Shown piece after piece: positions 13,601 through 28,400 of a stretch of DNA of 64,000 nucleotides. Position 1 is the stretch's first letter. Every line of letters starts with the position of its first letter. Location: NCBI RefSeq assembly GCF_009914755.1, contig NC_060929.1; one strand, 5' to 3'. Under the pieces are notes generated by a model that saw only the letters and a program-made list of their open reading frames with translations, had not been told where the DNA came from and did not search any database. Position numbers and translations under genes: made by a program. Origin of the DNA: the human T2T-CHM13v2.0 reference genome, Homo sapiens.

Positions 13601-16600
13601 TCTACAAAAAGAGTATTTCAAAACTGCTCTATGAAAACAAGAGTTCAATTCTGTGAGTTGAGTACACACATCACAAAGTAGTTTCTGAGAATTCTTCTGT
13701 CTAGTTTTTATGGGAAGATATTTCCTTTTTCAGTGCAGGCCTCAAAGTACTCCAAGTTTCCACTGACAGATTCTATGTAAAGAGTGTTTCAAAACTGCTC
13801 TTTGAAAGGGAGTGTTCAACTCAGTGAGTTGAATGCAGGCTTCACAAAGAAGTTTCTGAGAATGCTCCTGTCTGGTTTTTAATTTGAAGATAATCCCGTT
13901 TCCAAAGAAATCCTCAAAGCTATCCAAATATCCACTTGCAGACTCTGCAAAAAGAGTGTTTCAAAACTGCTGTACTAAAGAAAGGTTCAACTCTGTGAGT
14001 TGAGTACACACATCACAAAGTAGTTTCTGAGAATGCTTCCATCTAGTTTTTATGTGAAGACATTTCCTTTTTCACCATAGGATTCAAAGCACTCCAAATG
14101 TCCACTTCCAGATACTACAAAAAGAGAGTTTCAAAACTGCTCTTTGAAAGGGAATGTTTAACTCCGAGAGTTGAATGCAAACCTCACAAAGTAGTTTCTG
14201 AGAATGCTTCTGTCTAGTTTTCATGTAAAGATATGCGCGTTTCCAATGTAATACTCATCGCTGTCTTAATATCCACTTGTAAATCCTAGAAGAATAGTGT
14301 TTCCAAACTGCTGTATCAAAGGAAAGGTTTAACTCTGTGAGTTGAGTATACACATCGCAAAGAAGTTTCTGAGAATGCCTCTGTCCACTTTTTATGTGAA
14401 GATATTTCCTTTTTCACCATACGTCTCAAATCGCTGCAAATATCCACTTGCAGATTTCACAAAAAGAGTGTTTCAAATCTGCTTTCTGAAAGGGAATGTT
14501 CAACTCTGTGTGTTGAGTGCAAACATCACAAAGAAGTTTCTGAGAATGCTTCTGTGTGGTTTTTATGTGAGGATACTTCCTTTTTCACCGCAGGCATCAA
14601 AGCTCTCCAAATGTCCACTTCCAGATACAACAAAAAGAGAGTTTCAAAACTGCTCTATGGAAGGGAATGTTCAACTCCGTGAGTTGAATGCAAACATCAC
14701 AAAGAAGTTTCTGAGATTGCTTCTGTGTACTTCTAATGTGTAGATATTCCTGTTTCCAAGGAAAGCCTCACAGCTATCCAAATATCCACCTGCAGAGTCT
14801 ACAAAAAGAGTGTTTCAAAACTGCTCTAGGAAAAGAAGAGTTCAAATCTGTCAGTTGAGTACACACATCACAAAGAAGTTTCTGAGAATTCTTCTGTCTA
14901 GTTTTTATGGGAAGATACTTATTTTTTCACCATAGGACTCAAAGCGCTCCAAGTTTCCACTTACAGATTCTACAGAAAGAGAGTTTGTAAACTGCTTTAA
15001 GAAAGGGAGTGTTCAACTCCGTGTGTTGAATGCAAGCATCACAAAGAAGTTCCTGAGAATTCTTCTGTCTAGTATTTATGTGAAGATACTCCCTTTTCCA
15101 GCGAAGGCCTCAAAACTGTCAAAATATTCACTTGGAAATTCGACAAAAAGACTGTTTCCAATCTGCTCTAACAAAGGAAAGTTTGAAATCAGTGAGTTGA
15201 GAGCATACATCACAAACAAGCTTCTGAGAAATCTTCTCTCTAGTTTTATGTGAAAATATTCCCGTTTCCAACAAAATCCTCAATGCTGTACAAACATCCA
15301 CTTGTAATTTCTACAAGAAGAGTGTTTCAAATCTGCTGTATCAAAGGAAGAAGAGTTTAACTCTATGAGTTGAGTACACACATCACAAGGAAGTTTCTGA
15401 GAATGCTTCTGTCTACTTTTTATGTGAAGATATTTCCTTTTTCAAACAAGGTCTCAAGTCGCACCAAATGTCTACTTGCAGATTCTAGGAAAAGAGTGTT
15501 TCAAAACTGCTCTATGAAAGTGAACGTTCAACGCTGTGAGTTGAATGTAAACATCACAAAGAAGTTTCTGAGAATGCTTCTGTCTAGTTTTTATGTGAAG
15601 ACATTCACGTATCCAACGATATACTCATAGCTGTCCTAATATCCACTTGCAAATTCTACAAGAATAGTGTTTCCGAACTGTTGTATCAAAGGAAAGGTTT
15701 AACTCTGTGAGTTGAGTACACACATCACAAAGTAGTTTCTGAGAATGTTTCTGTCCACTTTTTATGTGAAGATATTTCCTTTTTCACCAAGTCTCAAATT
15801 GCTCCAAATGTTCACTTGCAAATTTCACAAAATGAGTGTTTCAAAACTGCTCTATGAAAAGGAACGTTCAACTCTGTGAGTTCAGTGCAATCATCACAAA
15901 GAAGTTTCTGAGAATGCTTCTGTCTAGTTTTTATGTGAAGATATTCGCGTTTCCAACGAAATACTCATCGCTGTCCTAATATCCACTTGTAAATTCTACA
16001 AGAATAGTGTTTCCAAACTGCTGTATCAAAGGAAAGGTTTAACTCTGTGAGTTGAGTACACACATCACAAAGAAGTTTCTGGATTCTTCTGTCTAGTTTT
16101 TATGGGAAGATATTTCCTTTTTTACCATAGGCCTGAAAGCGCTCCAACTTTCCACTTACAGATTCTACAAAAAGAGTGTTTCAAATCTGCTCTATGAAAA
16201 GGAATGTACAACTCTGTGAGTTGAATGGAAGCATCACAAAGAAGTTTCTGAGAATGCCTCTGTCTAGTTTTTATGTGACGATACACCCGTTTCCAGCGAA
16301 GGCCTCAAATCTGTCCAAATGTCCACTTGCAAATTCCACAAAAAGATTGTTTCCAATCTACTCTATCAAAAGAAAGTTTCAGCTCTGTTAGTTGAATGCA
16401 CACATCACAAAGAAGTTTCTGAGAATGCTTCTGTCTAGTTTTATGTGAAGATAATCCCGTTTCCCACGAAATCCTCAATGATGTCCTAATAACCACTTGT
16501 AAATTTTACAAGAAGAGAGTTTCAAAATTGCTGTATCAAAGGAAATCTTTAACTCTGTGAGTTGAGAACACACATCACAAAGTAGTTTCTGAGAATGCTT

Positions 16601-18486
16601 CTGTCTACCTTTTATGTGAGGATATTTCCTTTTTCACCAGAGGTATCAAATCGCACCAAATGTCCACTTGCAGATTCTACAAAAAGAGTGTTTCAAAACT
16701 GGTCTTTTAAAGGGAATGTTCAACTCTGTGAGTTGAATGCAAGCATCACAAAGAAGTTTCTGAGAATGCTTCTGTCTATTTTTTATGTGAAGATATTCCC
16801 GTTTCCAATGAAAGCCTCAAAGCTATCAAATATCCACTTGCAGATTCTACAAAAAGAGTGTTTCAAAACTGCTGTATCAAAAGAAAGGTTCAGCCCTGTG
16901 AGTTGAGTACAAACATCACAAAATAGTTTCTGAGAATGCTTCTGTCTTGTTTTTATGGGAAGATATTTCCTTTTTCACCATAGGCCTCAAAGCCCTCCAA
17001 ACGTCCACTTCCAGATACTACAAATAGAGTGTTTCAAAACTGCTCTATGAAAGGGAATGTTCAACTCTGTGAGTTGAATGCAAACACCAATGGAAGTTTC
17101 TGAGAATGCTTCTGTGTAGTTTTTATGTGAAGATATTCCCGTTTCCCACGAAATCCTCCCAGCTATCCAAATATCCAGTTGCAGACCCTACAAAAAAGTG
17201 TTTCAAAACTGCTCTACCAAAAGAAAAGTTCAACTCTGTGAGTTGAGCACACACATCACAAAGAAGTTTCTCAGAATTCTTCTCTCTAGTTTTTGTGGGA
17301 AGATATTGACTTCTTCACCATAGGCCTCAAAGCACTCCAAGTTTCCACTAACAGATTCTACAAAAAGAGTGTTTCTAAACTGCTCTAAGAAAAGGAGTGT
17401 TCAACTCTGTGAGTTGAGTACACACATCACAAATTAGTTTCTGAGAATGCTTCCGTCTATTTTTTATGTGACTATATTTCCTTTTTCACCATAGGCCTCA
17501 AAGTGCCCCAAATGTCCACTTCCAGGTACTACTAAAAGAGTGTTTCAAAACTGCTCTTTGAAAGGGAATGTTCAACTCCGTGAGTTGAATGCAAACATCA
17601 CGAAGTTTGTTCTGAGAACGCTTCTGTGTAGTTTTTATGTGAAGATATTCCCGTTTCCAAAGAAGTCCTCAAATCCGTTAAAATATCACTTGCAAATCCC
17701 ACAAAAATAGTGTTTCAAATCTGCTCTATCAAAAGGAAGTTTCAACTCTGTGACTTGTATGCACACATCACAAAGAAGTTTCTGCGAATGATTCTGTTTA
17801 GTTTTATGTGAAGATATTCCGTTTCCAACGAAATCCTCAATGATGTCCTAATATCCACTTGCAAATTTTACAAGAAGAGTGTTTCAAAATTGCTGTTTCA
17901 AAGGAAAAGTTTAACTCTGTGAGTTGAGAACACACATCACAAATTAGATTCTGAGAATGCTTCTGTCTACATTTAAGGTGAAGATATTTCCTTTTTCAAA
18001 CTGGGCCTCCAATCGCACCAAATGTCCACTTGCAGATTCTACAAAAAAAGTGTTTCAGAACAGCTCTATGAAAGGGAATGTTCAACTCTGTGAGTTGAAT
18101 GTGAACATCACAAAGAAGTTTCTGCAAATGTTTCTGTCTAGTGGTTAGGTGAAGATATTCCCGTTTCCTCAAAGCTATCCAAATATCCACTTGCAGACTA
18201 CAAAAGAGTGTTTCAAAACTGTTCTATCAAAAGAAAAGTTCAACCCTGTGAGTTGAGTACACACATCAGAAAGATGTTTCTGAGAATTCTTCTGTCTAGT
18301 TTTTATGTGAAGATATTTCCTCTTTCACCATAGGCCTCAAAGAGCTCCAAGTTTCCACTTACAGATTCTACAAAAAGAGGGTTTCAAAACTGCTCTATGA
18401 AAAGGAATATTCAACTCAGTGAGTTGAATGCAAGCATCACAAAGCAGTTTGTGACAATTCTTCTGTCTAATTTGTAAGTGAAGATA

Positions 18487-18503
18487 TCCCGTTTACAACG
18501 AAT
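18487..18503 (-). other. Variant CENP-B box of the layer-2 'B1' monomer (representative)
   Basis: TCCCGTTTACAACGAAT. Its reverse complement ATTCGTTGTAAACGGGA keeps the 9 core bases nTTCGnnnnAnnCGGGn. Confidence 0.75.
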
Positions 18504-21500
18504 TCCTCAAAGAGCTCCAAATATCCACAAGCAGATTCTATAAAAGCAGTGTTTCAAAACTGCTATAACAACAGAATTGTTCAACTCTGTGAATTAAACA
18601 CACACATCACAAGGAGTTCCTGAGAATGCTTCTGTCTAGTTTTTATGGGAAGATATTCCTTTTTCCACCATATGCAACAAAGTGCTCCAAATGAACACTT
18701 GAGAATCCTACAAAAAGTGTGTCTCAACACTGCTCTATAAACAGAAAGGTTCAAGTGTGCGAGTTGAATGCACACATCACAAAGCAGTTTCCGAGAATAC
18801 TTCTGAATAGTTTGTAAGTGAAGATATTTCCTTTTCCATCATAGGCCTCAAATCTCTCCAAATATCCACTTGCAGATACTACAAAAAGACTGTTTCAAAA
18901 CTGCTCTCTTTAAAGGAAGGTTCAGCTCTGAGAGTTGAATGCACACATCACAAAGCAGTTTCTGAGAATGCTTCTGTCTAGTTTGTATGAGAACATATTT
19001 TCCTTTCCATCATAGGCCTCAAATTGCTCCAAATATCCACTTGCAGATACTACCAAAAGAGTGTTTCAAAACTCCTCCTTCAAAAGGAACGTTTAACACT
19101 GGAGTTGAATGCACACATCACAAAGCAGTTTCTGAGAATGCTTCTGTCTAGTTTGTATGTGAAAATATCCCGTTTACAATGAATTCCTCAAAGAGCTCCA
19201 AATATCCACAAGCAGATTCTACAAAAGCAGTGTTTCAAAACTGCTCTATCAAAAGAAAGTTTCAACTCTGTGAATTTAACACACACATCACAAAGGAGTT
19301 TCTGAGAATGCTTTCTTCTGGTTTTTATGTGAAGATATATGTTTTTCCACTATAGGCAACAAAGCGCTCCAAATGAACACTTGCAGATTCTACAAAAAGT
19401 GTGTTTCAACACTGCTCTATCAAAAGAAAAGTTCAAGTGTATGAGTTGAATGCACACATCGCAGAGAACTTTCTGACAATGCTTGTGTCTACTTTTTTTG
19501 TGAAGATACCCTTTACCAACTAATTCCTCAAAGAGTTCCATATATTCACAAGCAGATTCTACAAAAGGAGTGTTTTAATACTGCTCTATAAAAAGACAGT
19601 TAGAACTCTGTTAGTTGAATGTGCACATCTCAATGTTGTTCCTGAGAATGCTTCTGTCTAGTTTTTATGTGAAGATATTTCCTTTTCCACCATAGGCCTC
19701 GAATCGCTCCAAATATCCACTTGCATATACTACAAAAAAACTGTCTGAAAATTGCACTCTCAAAAGGAAGCTTCAATTCTGTCAGTTCAATGCACTCATC
19801 AGATAGCAGTTTCTGAGAATTCTTCTGTCTAGTTTTCAAGTGAAGATATCCCGTTTACAAGGAATTCCACTAAGAGCTCCAAATATCCACAATCAGATTC
19901 TACAAAAGCAGTGTTTCAAAAGTGCTCTATCAAAAGAATTGTTCAACTCTGCGAATTTTACACATACATCACAAAGTAGTTTCTGAGAATGCTTCTGTGT
20001 AGTTTTCATGTGAAGATATTTCTTTCCACTGTAGGCAACAAAGCTCTCCAGGTGAACACTTGCAAGTTCTACAAACAGTCTGTTTCAACACTGCTCTATC
20101 AAAAGAAATGTTCAAGTCTATGAGTTGAATTCCAACATCACAGAGCAGTTTCTGAGACTGCTTCTCTCAATTTGTATGTGAACATATTTCCTTTTCCATC
20201 TATGGCCTCAAATAGTTCAAAATATCCACTTGCAGATACTACAAAACGACTGTTTCAAAACGGCTCTCTCAAAAGGAAGGTTCAACTCTGTGAGTTGAAT
20301 GCACAAATCTACAAGCAAATTCTGAGAATGCTTCTGTCTAGTTTGTATGTGAAGATATCCCGTTTACAATGAATTCCTCAAAGAGCTCCAAATATCCATA
20401 AGCAAATTCTACAAAAGCAGTGTTTCAAAACTGCTCTATCAAAAGAAAGGTACAACTCTGTGAATTGAACACACACATGTAAAAGGAGTTTCTGAGAACG
20501 CTTCTGTCTAGTTTTTATGAGAAGATATTTCTTTTTCCACCATAGTCAACTAAGCGCTCCAAATGAACACTTGCAGATTCTACAAAAAGTGTGTTTCAAC
20601 ACTGCTCTATGAAAAGAAAAGTTCAAGTCTGTGAGTTGAATGCACACATCACAAAGCAGTTTCTGAGAATGCTTCGGTCTAGTTTATATGTGAAGGTATT
20701 TCCTTTTCCATCTTAGGCCTCAAATCACTACAAATATCCACTTGAAGATACTGCAAAAAGACTGTTTCAAAACTGTTCTCTCAAAAGGAAGGTTCAACTC
20801 TGTGAGTTGAAGGCACACATCACAAATCAGTTTATGAGAATGGTTCTCTCTAGTTTGTATGTGAAGATATTTTCATTTCCATCTTAGTCCTCAAATCACT
20901 CAAAACCTCTCCTTGCAGATACTACAAAAAGACTGTTTCAAAACTGCTCTCTCAAAAGGAAAGTTGAACTCTGTGAGTTGAATACACACATCACAAAGCA
21001 GTTTCTGAGAATGCTTCTGTCTAGTTTGTATGTGAAGCTATTTTCATTTCCATCATAGGCCTCATATCACTACAAATATCCACTTGCTGATACTACAAAA
21101 ATACTGTTTCAGAACTGCTCTCTCAAAATGAAGTTTCATCTCTGTGTGATGAATGTACACATCACAAAGCAGTTTTTCAGAATGCTTCTGTCTAGTTTGT
21201 ATGTGAGGATATCCCGTTGACAACCAATTTCTCAAAGAGCTCCAAATATCCACAAGCAGATTCTACAAGAGCAGTGTTTCATAACTGCTCTAACAAAAGA
21301 AAGGTTCAACTCTGTTAATTGAACACATACCTCACAAAGGAGTTTCTGAGAAAGCTTCTGTCTAGTTTTTATGTGAAGATATTCCTTTTTCCATCTTAGG
21401 CAACAAAGCGCTCCAAATGAATCCTTGCAGATTCTACAATAAGTGCATTTCAACACTTCTCTATCAAAAAAAAATGTTCAAGTCTGTGAGTTCAATGCAT

Positions 21501-22404
21501 ACATCACAAAGAACTTTCTGAGAAGGCTTGGGTCTACTTTTTATGTTAAGATACCAGTTTGCAACGAATTCCTCAAAGAGTTCCAAATATCTACAAGCAG
21601 ATTCTACAAAAGGAGTGTTTCAATTCTCCTCCATCAAAAGACAGATTAAACACTGTTAGTTGAATGCACACATCTCCATGAAGTTCTTGAGAATGCTTCT
21701 GTCTAGTTTTTATGTGAAGATATTTTTTTTTCCACCACAGACTTCAAAGCACTCCAAATGAACACTTGCAGATCGTTAAAAAGACTGTTTCAATACTGCT
21801 CTACCAAACGAATGGTTCCACTCTGTGAGTTGAATGCACACATCACAGAGCAGTTTCTCAGAATGCTTCTGTCTAGTTTATATGTGAAGATAATTCCTTT
21901 TTCATCATAGTCCTCAAATCCTTCCAAATATCCACTTGCAGATAATACAAAAAGAGTGTTTCAAAACTTCTCTCTGAAAAGGAAGGTTCGTTCAACTCTG
22001 TGAGTTGAATGCACATATCAAAAAGAAGTTTCTGAGAATGCTTCTCTGTAGTTTGTATGTGAAGATATACCGTTTACAATGAATTCCTCAAAGAGCTCCC
22101 AATATCCAAGAGCAGATTCTATGAAAGCAGTGTTTCAAAACTGCTCTATCAATGAAAGATTCAACTCTGAATTGAACACACACATCACAAATGATTTTCT
22201 GAGAATGCTTTCGTCTAGTTTTTATGTGATGATATTTCTTTTTCCACAATAGGAAACAATGTGCTCCAAGTGAACACTTGCAAATTCTACAAAAAGTGTG
22301 TTTCAGCACTGCTCTATCAAAAGAAATGTTCAATTTTGTAAGTTGAACGCACACATCACAAAGAAATTTCTGAGAATTCTTGGGTCTAATTTGTATGTGA
22401 AGAT

Positions 22405-22421
22405 ACCCGTTTCCAACGAAT
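22405..22421 (-). other. Variant CENP-B box of the layer-2 'B2' monomer (representative)
   Basis: ACCCGTTTCCAACGAAT, with the core bases intact. Confidence 0.75.
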
Positions 22422-25400
22422 TCCTCAACCAGTTCCAAATATCCACAAGCAGATTCTACAAAAAGAGTGTTTCAATACTCCCCTATCAAAAGACAGATTC
22501 AAACCTGTTAGTTGAATGCACACATCTCAATGAAGTTCCTGAGAATGCTTCTGTCTAATTTTTATGAGAAGATACTTCCTTTTCCACCATAGACTTCAAA
22601 GCACTCCAAAGGAACACTTGCAGATCCTACAAAAAGACTGTTTCAAAAATGCTCTATCAAAAGAACGAGTCCACTCTGTGAGGTGAATGCACACAACCCA
22701 AAGTAGTTTCTGAGAATGTTTCTGTCTAGTTTTTATTTGAAGATATTTCCTTTTCCATCATAGGCCTCAAATCGCCCCAAATATCCACTTGGAGATAATA
22801 CAAAAAGAATGTTTCAAAACTCCTCTCTCAAGAGGAAGGATCGACTCTGTGAATTAAAAACACACATCACAAAGGAATTTCTGAGAATGCTTCTGTCTAG
22901 TTTTTATGTGAAGATATTTATTTTTCCGCCATAGGCAAAAAAGCGATCCAAATGAACACTTCCAGATACTGCAAAAAGAGTGTTTCAACACTGCCCTATC
23001 AAAAGAAATGTTCAAGTCTGTGAGTTGAAAGCACAAATCACAAAGAACTTTGTGAGAATGCTTGGGTCTCCTTTTTTGTGAAGATACCCGTTTCCCGTGA
23101 ATTCTCCAAAGAGTTCCAAATATCCACAAGCAGATTCTACAAAAGGAGTGTTTCAATACTGCTCTATCAAAAGACAGATTCAACTCAGTTAGTTGAATGC
23201 ACACATTTCAATGAAGTTCCTGAGAATGCTTCTGTCTAATTTTTATGTGAAGATATTTCCTTTTCCACCATAGGCTTCAAAGCGTTCCAAATGAACACTT
23301 GCAGGTCCTACAAAAACACTGTTTCAAAACTGTTCTATCAAAAGAACGGTTCCACTCTGTGGGGTGAATGCACACATCAAAAAGCAGTTTCTGAGAATGC
23401 TTCTGCCTAGTTTTTATGTGAAGATATTTCCTTTTCCATCATAGGCCTCAAAGTGCTCCAAATATCCACTTGCAGATACTACAAAAAGACAGTTTTAAAA
23501 CTGCTCTCTCAAAAGGTAGTTTCCTCTCTGTGAGTTGAATGCACATATCACAAAGCAGTTTCTGAGAATGCATCTGTCTAGTTTGTATGTGAAGATATCG
23601 CGTTTACAACGAATTCCTCAAAGAACTCAAAATATCCACAAGCAGATTCTATAAAAGCAGTGTTTCAAAACTGCTTTATCAAAAGAAAGGTTCAACTGTG
23701 TGAACTGAACACACACATCACAAAGGAGTTTCTGAGAACGCTTCTGTCTAGTTTTTATGTGAAGATTTTTTTTACAGCATTGGCAACAAAGCGCTCCAAA
23801 TGAACACTTGCAGATACTACAAAAAGTGTGTTTCAACACTGCTCTATCAAAAGAAAGGTGCAAGTCTGTAAGTTGAGTGCACACATCACAAAGCAGTTTC
23901 TGAGAATGCTTCTGTCTACTTTGCATGTGAATTTACCCGTTTGCAACGAATTCTTCAAAGAGTTCCAAATATCCACAAGCAGATTCCACAAAAGGAGTGT
24001 TTCAGTACTGCTCTATCAAAAGACAGATTCACTTCTGTTAGTAGAATGCACACATCTCAATGAAGTTCCTGAAAATGCTTCTGTCTATTTTTTACGAGAA
24101 GATATTCCCTTTTCCACCATAGACTTCAAAGCGCTCCAAATGAACACTTGCAGGTCCTACAAAAAGAGTGTTTCAAAACTGCTCTATCTAAAGAACGGTT
24201 CCACACTGTGAGATGAATGCACACATCACAAAGCAGTTTCTGAGAATGCTTCTGTCTAGTTTTTATGTGAAGTTATTTCCTTTTCCATCATAGGCCTCAA
24301 ATCGCTCCAAATATCCACTTGCAGATACTACAAAAAGAATGTTTCAACACTGCACTCTCAAAAGGAAGGTTCAAGTCTGTAAGGTGAATGCACACATCAC
24401 AAAGCAGTTCCTGGGAATGCTTCTGTCTAGTTTGTATGGAAGATATTTTCTTTTCCATTATAGGCCTCATATCGCTCCAAATATCCACTTGCACATACTT
24501 CAAAAAGACTGTTTCAAAACTGCTCTCTCAAAAGAAAGGTTCAACGCTGTGAATTGAACACACACATCACAAAGGAGTTTCTGAGAATACTTCTGTCTAG
24601 TTTTTATGTGAAGATATTTCTTTTTCCAACAGAGGCAACAAAGCGCTCCAAATGAACAATTGCATATTCTACAAAAAGTGTGTTTCAACACTGCTCTATC
24701 AAAAGAAAGGTTCAAGTCAATGAGTTGAATGCACACATCATGAAGAACATTCTGAGAATGCTTGGGACTACTTTTTATGTGAGTATACCTGTTTCCAAAA
24801 ATTTCTCAAAGAGTTCCAAATATCCACAAGCATATTCTACAAAAGGAGTGTTTTAGTACCGCTCTATCAAAAGACAGATTCAGCTCTGTTAGTTGAATGC
24901 ACACATCTCAATGAAGTTCCTGAGAATGCTTCTATCTACTTTTTATGTGAAGATATTTCCTTTCCAAGTATAGGCTTCAAAGCCCTCCAAATTAACACTT
25001 GCAGATCCTACAAAAAGACTGTTTCATAACTGTTCTATCAAAAGAACGGTTCCACTCTGTGTGGTGAATGCACACATCACATAGAAGTTTCTGAGAATGC
25101 TTCCGTCTAGTTTTTATGTGAAGAAATTTCCTTTTCCATCATAGGCCTCAAATCGCTGCAAATATCCACTTGCAGATTCTACAAAAAGACTGTTTCAAAA
25201 CTCCTCTCTCAAAAGGAAGATTTAATTCTGTGACTTGAATGCACACATCACAAAGCAGTTTCTGAGAATGCTTTTGTCTAGTTTGTATGTGAAGATATCT
25301 CGTTTACAACTAATTTCTCACAGTTCCAAATCTCCACAAGCACATTCCACAAAAGTAGTGTTTCAAAACTGCTCTATAAAAAGAAAGGTTTAACTCTGTG

Positions 25401-28400
25401 AATTGAACAGACACATCCAAAGAGTTTCTGAGAATGCTTCTGTCTAGTTTTTATGTGAAGATATTATTTTCAACCGTAGGCAACAAAGCACACGAAATGA
25501 AAATTTGCAGATTCCACAAAAAGTGTGTTTCATCACTGCTCTGTCAAAGAAAAGGTTCACGTCTGTTAGTTGAATGCACACATCAGAAATAAATTTCAGA
25601 GAATGCTTGGGTCTATATTTTATGTGAAGATACCGGTTTCCAATGAATTCCTCAAAGAGTTCCAAATATCCACAACCAGATACTACAAACGGAGTGTTTC
25701 AATACTGCTCTATCAAAAGACAGTTTCAACTCTGTCAGTTGAATGCACACATCTCAATGAAGTTCCTGAGAACGCTTCTGTCTAGTTTTTACGTGAAGAT
25801 ATTTCCGTTCTCATCTTTGGCTACAAAGCACTCCACATGAACACTTGCAGATCCTACAAAAAGACTGTTTCAAAACTGATCTATCAAAAGAACGGTTCCA
25901 CTCTGTGAGGTGAATGCACACATCACAAAGCAGTTTCTGAGAATGATTCTGTCTAGTTTTTATGTGAAGATATTTCCTTTTCCATCACAGGCCTGAAATC
26001 GCTCCAAATATCCACTTGCAGCCACTACAAAAAGACTGTTTCAAAACTGCTCTCTCAAAAGGAAGCCTCAACACTGTGAGTTGAATGCACACATCACAAA
26101 GCAGTTTCTGAGAATGCTTCTGTCTCGTTGTATGTGAAGATATTTCCTTTTTCATCATAGGCCTCAAATTGCTCCTAATATCCACTTGCAGATACTACAA
26201 AAAGACTGTTTCAAAACTGCTCTCTCAAAAGGAAGGCTCAACTCTGTGAGTTGAATGCACACATCACAAAGTAGTTTCTGAGAATGCTTCTGTCTAGTTT
26301 GTATGTGAAGATATCCCGTTTACAACGAATTCCAGAAAGAGCTCCCAATATCCACAAGTAGATTCTACAAAGCAGTGTTTCAAAACTGCTCTAACAAAAC
26401 AAAGGTTCAACTCTGTGAATTGAACACACACATCAGAAAGGAGTTTCTGATAATGCTTATGTCTAGTTTTTATGTGAAGATATTCTTTTTTCCACCAAGA
26501 CAAGAAAGAGCTCCAAATGAACACTTGCTGATTCTACAAAAAGTGTGTTTCAAAACTCCTCTATCGAAAGAAAGGTTCAAGTCTGTGAGTTGAATGCCCA
26601 CATCACAGAGGAGTTTCTGAGAATGCTTCTGTTTAGTTTGTATGTGTAGATATTTCCTTTTCCATCTTAGGCCTCACATCGCTAAAACTATCCACTTGCA
26701 GATACTACAAAAAGACTGTTTCAAAACCGCTCTCTCAAAAGGAAGGTTCAACACTGTGAGTTGAATGACCCATCAAAAAGAACTTTCTGAGAATGCTTGG
26801 GTCTCCTTTTTATGTGAAGATACCCTTTTCCAACGAATTCCTCAAAGACTTCCAAATATCCACAAGCAGATTATACAAAAGGAGTGTTTCAATACTGCTC
26901 TATCAAAATACAGATTCAACTCTGTTCGTTGAATGCACACATCTCAATGAAGTTCCTGAGAATACTTCTGTCTAGATTTTATGTGAAGATATTTCCTTTT
27001 CCACAACAGGCTTCAAAGATTTCGAAATGAACACTACAGATAAAAAAAAAAACAGTTTCAAAACTGCTCTATCTAAAGAACGGTTCCACTCTGTGAGGTG
27101 AATCGACTCATCACAAAGCAGTTTCTGAGAATGCTTCTGTCTAGTTTTCATTTCAAGATATTTCCTTTTCCATAATAGGCCTTAAAGCGCTCCAAATACA
27201 CACTTGCAGATACTACCAAAAGGCTGTTTCAAATCTGCTCTCTGAAATGAAAGGTTCAATTCTGTGAGTGGAACGCACACATCACAAAGCAGTTTCTGAG
27301 AATTGTTCTGTCTAGTTTGTATGTGAAGACATTTCCTTTTCCACCATAGGCTCCAAAGAGCTCAAACTGAACACTACAGATCCTACAAAAAGACTGTTTC
27401 AAAACTGCTCTATCAAAAGAACGGATCCAATCTGTGAGGTGAATGCACACATCACAAAGCTGTTTCTGAGAATGCTTCTGTCTGGTTTTAATGTGAACAT
27501 ATTTCCTTTTCAATCATAGGCCTCATATCGCCCCAAATATACACTTGCAGATACTACAAAAAAAACTGTTTCAAACTGCTCTCTCGAAAGGAATGTTCAA
27601 CTCTGTGAGTTGAATGCACACATCACAAAGCAGTTTCTGAGAATGCTTCTGTCTAGTTTGTATGTGAAGATATCCCTTTTACCACCAATTCCTGAAAGAG
27701 CTTCCAACATCCATAAGCAGATTCTACAAAAGATGTGTTTCAAAACAGCTCTACCAAAAGAAAGGTTCAACTCTGTGAATTGAACACACACATCACAAAG
27801 GAGTTTCTGAGAATGCTTCTGTCTAGTTTTTATGTGAAGATATGTACTTTTTCCACAATAGGCAACAAAGTGCTCCACATGAACACTTGCAGATTCTACA
27901 AAAAGGGTGTTTCAACACTAATCTATCAAAAGAAAGTTTCAAGTCTCTGAGTTGAATGCACACATCACAAAGCAGTTTCTGAGAATGCTTCTCTCTAGTT
28001 TTTATGTGAAGATATTTCCTTTTCCATCTTAGGCCTCAAATCGCTCCAAATATCCACTTGCAGGTACTACAAAAACACTGACTAAAAACTGCTCTCTCAA
28101 AAGGAATATTCAAATCTGTGAGTTGAATGCGCACATCACAAAGAACTTTCTGAGAATGCTTGGTTGTACTTTATGTGAGATGACTCCTCTTTCCAATGAA
28201 TTCCTCAAAGATTTCCCAGTATCCACAAGGAGATTCTACAAAAGGAGTGTTTCAATACTGCTCTACCAAAAGACAGATTCAACCGTTAGTTGAATGCACA
28301 CATCTCAGTGAAGTTCCGTAGAGTGCTTTTGTCTAGATTTTATGGGAAGATATTTCATTTTCCACCTTAGGCTTCAAAGTGCTCCAAATGAACACTACAG

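Larger units (their letters stand above)
1..18430 (-). repeat. Alpha satellite layer 1: diverged A/B-type monomers (SF5 R1/R2-like), ~171-bp period, interrupted by an SF3-like island
   Basis: The motif CACATCACAAAG(A/T)AGTTTCTGAGAATGCTTCTGTCTAG recurs every ~171 bp. B monomers read GATATTCCCGTTTCCAACGAAA(T/G)CCTCAAAGCTATCC and A monomers read TTCCTTTTTCACCATAG. Alpha satellite identity is certain. The suprachromosomal family label is inferred from recalled consensus. Confidence 0.95.
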
